This document shows positions 59,896-64,000 of a stretch of 64,000 bases of DNA, one piece after another. Below the pieces are notes generated by a model that searched no databases, was not told the DNA's origin, and worked only from the letters and a program-made list of their open reading frames with translations. Source of the stretch: Callorhinchus milii (lineage: Eukaryota). Position 1 is the stretch's first letter; each line of letters begins with the position of its first letter. The stretch is from positions 77,068,001-77,132,000 of the forward strand of contig NW_024704742.1 in NCBI RefSeq assembly GCF_018977255.1, written 5' to 3'. The position numbers were made by a program, and so were the translations under genes.

Positions 59896-62800
59896 CACAA
59901 TCAGATAGTCACTTAGAAGGGAAATGTGCCAAATGTCATCTTTACTGTGCATAGTAAAATGCCTTATGATTTGGTTGTGTAGATTGTGGAACATGGACAT
60001 TAAAGATCATGTGATACTACTTGAAAACAGAAGAGAGTTTTTCTCAGTGTTCTGGCCAACAGTCCTGCAGGTGAAATTGGGCATTCATTCCATGGCTGTT
60101 TGTGGGACTTTCCTGTGTGCAAATTGGCTGCCAGGTTTGCCTATAAATACACAGCAACTACACTTTACAGTAAATCCTGTGCAGTGCTTTGAAACATTTC
60201 GACCATGTGATGACACGCTTTATCAGATGTAAGGATTATTAGTATAAATGTGTCAGAATGCAGACTTTCAGTCTTGTCAACCCAATAATTAAAAAAAACC
60301 TCTGAATTCTATGTGTTGTGACACCAAACTGCTAAATACTGTACAATCACGACACCTGGACAGAAACATTATTATTGTGTGGAAAGGGAAAATGCAGCCT
60401 CATCCTATTTGTTTGCTCTACTATTGAGTAAAGTTTGCAGCATTTCAAAACTAGCACAACCTTATTATAATCTTCATAGTGGTTCGGATCCAGAAAATTC
60501 AAACTTGCATTGCAGCGAGGCATGATAGCGGGAGTTTCCTCCACTTGCAGGTGGTTCATATGGGACCACTAACATCACTTCATGGTTATATGCAAAGCAA
60601 GAGGTGCAGTGATCCAATGAACCTGAAAGTTGGCTTCTTTTTGTAGCAACGAATTCTAAAATTTACATTTTTCTGATCATTAAATCACTTCTCACTCTGT
60701 GCCACCTAAAGGCCGCACTGAACATTGTAAACTAATTTCAGAGCTAATGCCCGTGATACTTCCGAAACCCTGCTAAATCTACCTCTATATTTTGCTACAA
60801 AGCCTTCAGCTTATTCTAAAAAAAATTCTTGTGATTTAGATGGCTTATTCATCAAATTGTGTCTTGCTGTGGGTACGTGCCCACTAAGAACTGGACTGAG
60901 ACTGGCCGAAACCTGTGTCATCGATAAATTCGCAACCAGCCGGGAAAGGAGACTTTCAATCTATCAATTTGGGCTTTGTTGAAAGCAAGGTCCCAGGGGT
61001 TGTAGTACAGAACAACATCCTGGCCCCAGGATGCAATGCTTTTTTTCCATGTCAACCAGTTAGTGTGGAACACAGTTGGAACACAGTTAATTGATGATGT
61101 TGTAATGGACCAGGAAATTACTCACTTTTTGTGGGTGGGGGGAGGCGGCAGCTATCTGGGATTTCCTGTAAAGCTATACAGTTGCTAACACAAATATAGA
61201 GAAGAGATATCTTCATTGTATTTTTTGTGTCAGCAAAATCTGCAGGTATTCAATGCTGTCTTGGCACAGGCGCTGTTTATTCTTTTTCAGACCAATGAAC
61301 TTAGATATTTATCAGAAGGTAATTTACACTTTCTTCTTGTGCGGGATTTCTCCCAACACTTTTTGTTTTTATGTTCACATATTTTTGGAAAGAAGCCAAT
61401 GGACGCATTGTGCTCCCTACATGGTAATAGCTAAGTAATTGTTCACTTAAGTGTAACTGTTTTGGATGTCATGTTTTCAAAAAAACCTGTAAAGTTTTTT
61501 TCCTGTTTTCCTGTTTCAAGCATAGCCATAGGAACACAGTGTGTATGCATCCCTAGTTTGCATGCTGCACTAGCTGAGATGGCCCCCGTATTCTGTATCA
61601 TCTTAGTAAAGAACTGACCTCCTGTGTCTGTGCAAGGAGTGCTGCTCGGAGCATTGAGCAAAGGAAGAAATACTGCTACATTGTTCACCTTCCATTATTG
61701 CTGTGCCTGGGGCATTAATGCCCCATTTGTTTTTATGCATGGTGCTTGGGGATTGAACCTTGCTTAGCTTTACAGGTTTTTTGAATCAGGCGAGGTAACA
61801 CGAAATTTCGCTAACAGTTAATTAGAAAGTTCTGAGACACATTGGTCATTGTTTTTTGCTGGCTTTCAACCTTGCACCCGGACATTTTGATGTGCGTGGT
61901 TTTCTTTCTACGCATTTGCCTTGCTGTTTGTTTCCTATTTCTTTCTCCCGATCCCCCCACCCCCAGTGTTCTCAGAAGTGACTATTTAATTGTTTTCTTG
62001 CATGGTTGATGTAATGTGGTTTGTTAGTGTTAACACTACAGACCTGAATCTAATTTGCCTCGAAATCCTAACCTTACATTAAGGACATAAGCTGGAAAGT
62101 GTGTTGAGATCAAAGTGGTTGCAGAAATAATAAGGAGTCTCCTTGAGGCCACATTGCTGGCTATGGGTATGGGAATTGTTACATCCTGTGTGTGTGAGTA
62201 TGTGTAGATTAATGTGGTGTTCTGGGTTTTCATGGATATGCCAGATGCTTGGGTGGATGGATACAAAATATACAGTCAATTTACAGTATATTCTGTGAAG
62301 CACTTTGAGACGTCTCAAAAATTTGATAAGGCGCTATATCAAATGTAAGTATTATTATTATACATTGTCTGTGTGTTACACACAGCATATAATAATGCAG
62401 TCACTACACTTTACATTATATCCTATGAAGCACTTTGGGACATCCTCCAGACAAAAAAAGGTGCTTTTCTAAATGTAAGGATTATTATTATTGTATACTT
62501 CTCTCTCACAAAAGCGATGCAAATTGTGGTGAGTGTATTAGACTGAAATGTTGGTTGGTGTTGTTCTTCGAGCCTTTGGTGATGTCTTTACAATAGGATA
62601 ATCTCATTATCTTCTGACATTGCTTTTGGTGCTACTTGAAATTGCAGTTCAATTAACCTGTAATTTGATGTAAGTCCATTTTAAGTACCAGTAGAGAAGT
62701 ATAGATAACGCTTTTCCAAAAAACAAACCAAAGAGTCAGTGGAGGTATTTTGTCAGCATATTGAAGAGGGAATAGACCATGAAGGAATTGCAGTAGAGCC

Positions 62801-63239
62801 TGTTAACATAGTATTGGGACTGACTAGTTAGACCAATTGCTAGATATCCCTTTAAAAGTAAATGTACAATTAGAGAATGTTGTGGATTGAGAATCATTAC
62901 AGTAATGGGTGATTCCAGTGCTACGTTCCTGTGCTTTTTTCCGTCTTTAGGGAAAAACATTGGGATCAGCTCTTCCTCCCCCCGGTGGCAAAACCATTCC
63001 ATTGCAAGGTGCACTTAAACCCCATTTTAGAAACCGTTCTTAACTGAGTCCAATATTGTTTCAGATCTTCAAAACCTGTGGTTATTGGTGAAATTAAGTC
63101 TTGAAGAACTGAGAGACTTTTTTTTGATGGTGTTGGTGCTGGGTGGGGGGGGGGGGGGACATGGGGGTGTACTGTCATGTGATTCTTAGGATTTTTTTAA
63201 AAAAAGCCTCTGATTTGAATTCCATCGGTCTTGTTGCAG

Positions 63240-63351
63240 AAAGACAATATTGGGAAATGTGTAATAAATGTAACCAGATGAGGCCAAAGCGAACTCACCA
63301 CTGCAGCCGATGTGGGCACTGTGTTCGGAAAATGGATCACCACTGTCCCTG
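63240..63351 (+). CDS. ZDHHC21: ZDHHC21 third coding exon (DHHC cysteine-rich catalytic domain)
   Basis: ttgttgcag| ... CCCTG|gtaag. Encodes (E)[36 protein letters not shown](W). 112 nt. Confidence 0.98.
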
Positions 63352-63744
63352 GTAAGTGTCCTCTGTAACCTTACAGTTAGGCTTTCGGTTTCTGGTTGTA
63401 ATTTACGGACTTTCGCAATCTTCTCCAACTCAAGGAAAATGAATTTGCACCATTGAAGATTTGTTTTCTTCACTTATTAAAAAAAATATTTTGAACTACA
63501 AAATGTGTTCAACCTGCTCACTAGACTGTAAAACTGACTATCGCCCATTCCCTCTTCCTATCCCCCACACGCCCCATTGCTAAAGTGTGGGATGAATTTT
63601 ATGAATCTCACCCACCACGTTAAAGCAAGGCTTCACTGTAATATCACAGACTTAGCTTGAAAATGTTTTTTTCCCCCAAAAGACAGGAAGCCATTGGCAG
63701 ACATTCGTTTAGATTGACTTGCATTTGTTTTGTGAATAAATTGT

Positions 63745-64000
63745 TAAACATGTATAAAATGGTAAGTGGGATTAAAAGGGTAAACCCAGATCCACATTTT
63801 AGGATGCATCAAGACAGTCAGTTTAGCTTTGCAAAGGGCAATTTCTGGACAGATACCAGGAAGTTTTCTTTACTCGGAGGGTAATTAACAACTGGAACAG
63901 GTTGCCAGAAAAGGTGCTAGAGGCCAGGATAGTGGATTTGTTTATAAAGCAGGATGATTTTGTCATGAGAGAGACACTGAGATGGGTTTTCTGGAACAAC
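63745..64000 (+). mobile_element. CR1 LINE 3' fragment
   Basis: MYKMVSGIKRVNP..F remnants and tttactcggagggtaattaacaactggaacaggttgcca (FT.RVINNWNRLP). Confidence 0.7.

Overview
Eukaryotic (vertebrate) genomic DNA. The repeat content (abundant L2 LINEs, Deu-domain and tRNA-derived SINEs, CR1) suggests a cartilaginous fish, possibly a holocephalan such as the elephant shark; this is inference. Three intron-containing genes lie in tandem on the + strand. (1) The last 10 coding exons of FREM1 (Calx-beta region, RGD motif, C-terminal C-type lectin domain; 1967-16937). (2) The complete two-exon CER1/Cerberus gene (26910-29013, 267 aa). (3) The first three coding exons of the palmitoyltransferase ZDHHC21 (48906-63351; the gene continues past the window). 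This FREM1-CER1-ZDHHC21 order is the one known from other vertebrates. All inferred exons have AG/GT boundaries and join in frame. The rest is intronic or intergenic DNA rich in L2, CR1, Tx1-like and RTE-like LINE fragments and at least three SINE-like families. It also holds a full-length but dead hAT DNA transposon with a perfect 8-bp target-site duplication, and GT-rich satellites. I found no evidence for a genuinely new biological system. The most interesting observations are small mechanistic or regulatory ones: a uORF whose stop overlaps the ZDHHC21 start codon, a FoxH1/SMAD/Sox motif cluster at the CER1 promoter, an exact 63-bp local duplication, microhomology at L2 insertion junctions, a fold-back L2 tail, and a near-identical inverted SINE pair. 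Repeat boundaries are approximate. Family names come from recognition, not from database searches.
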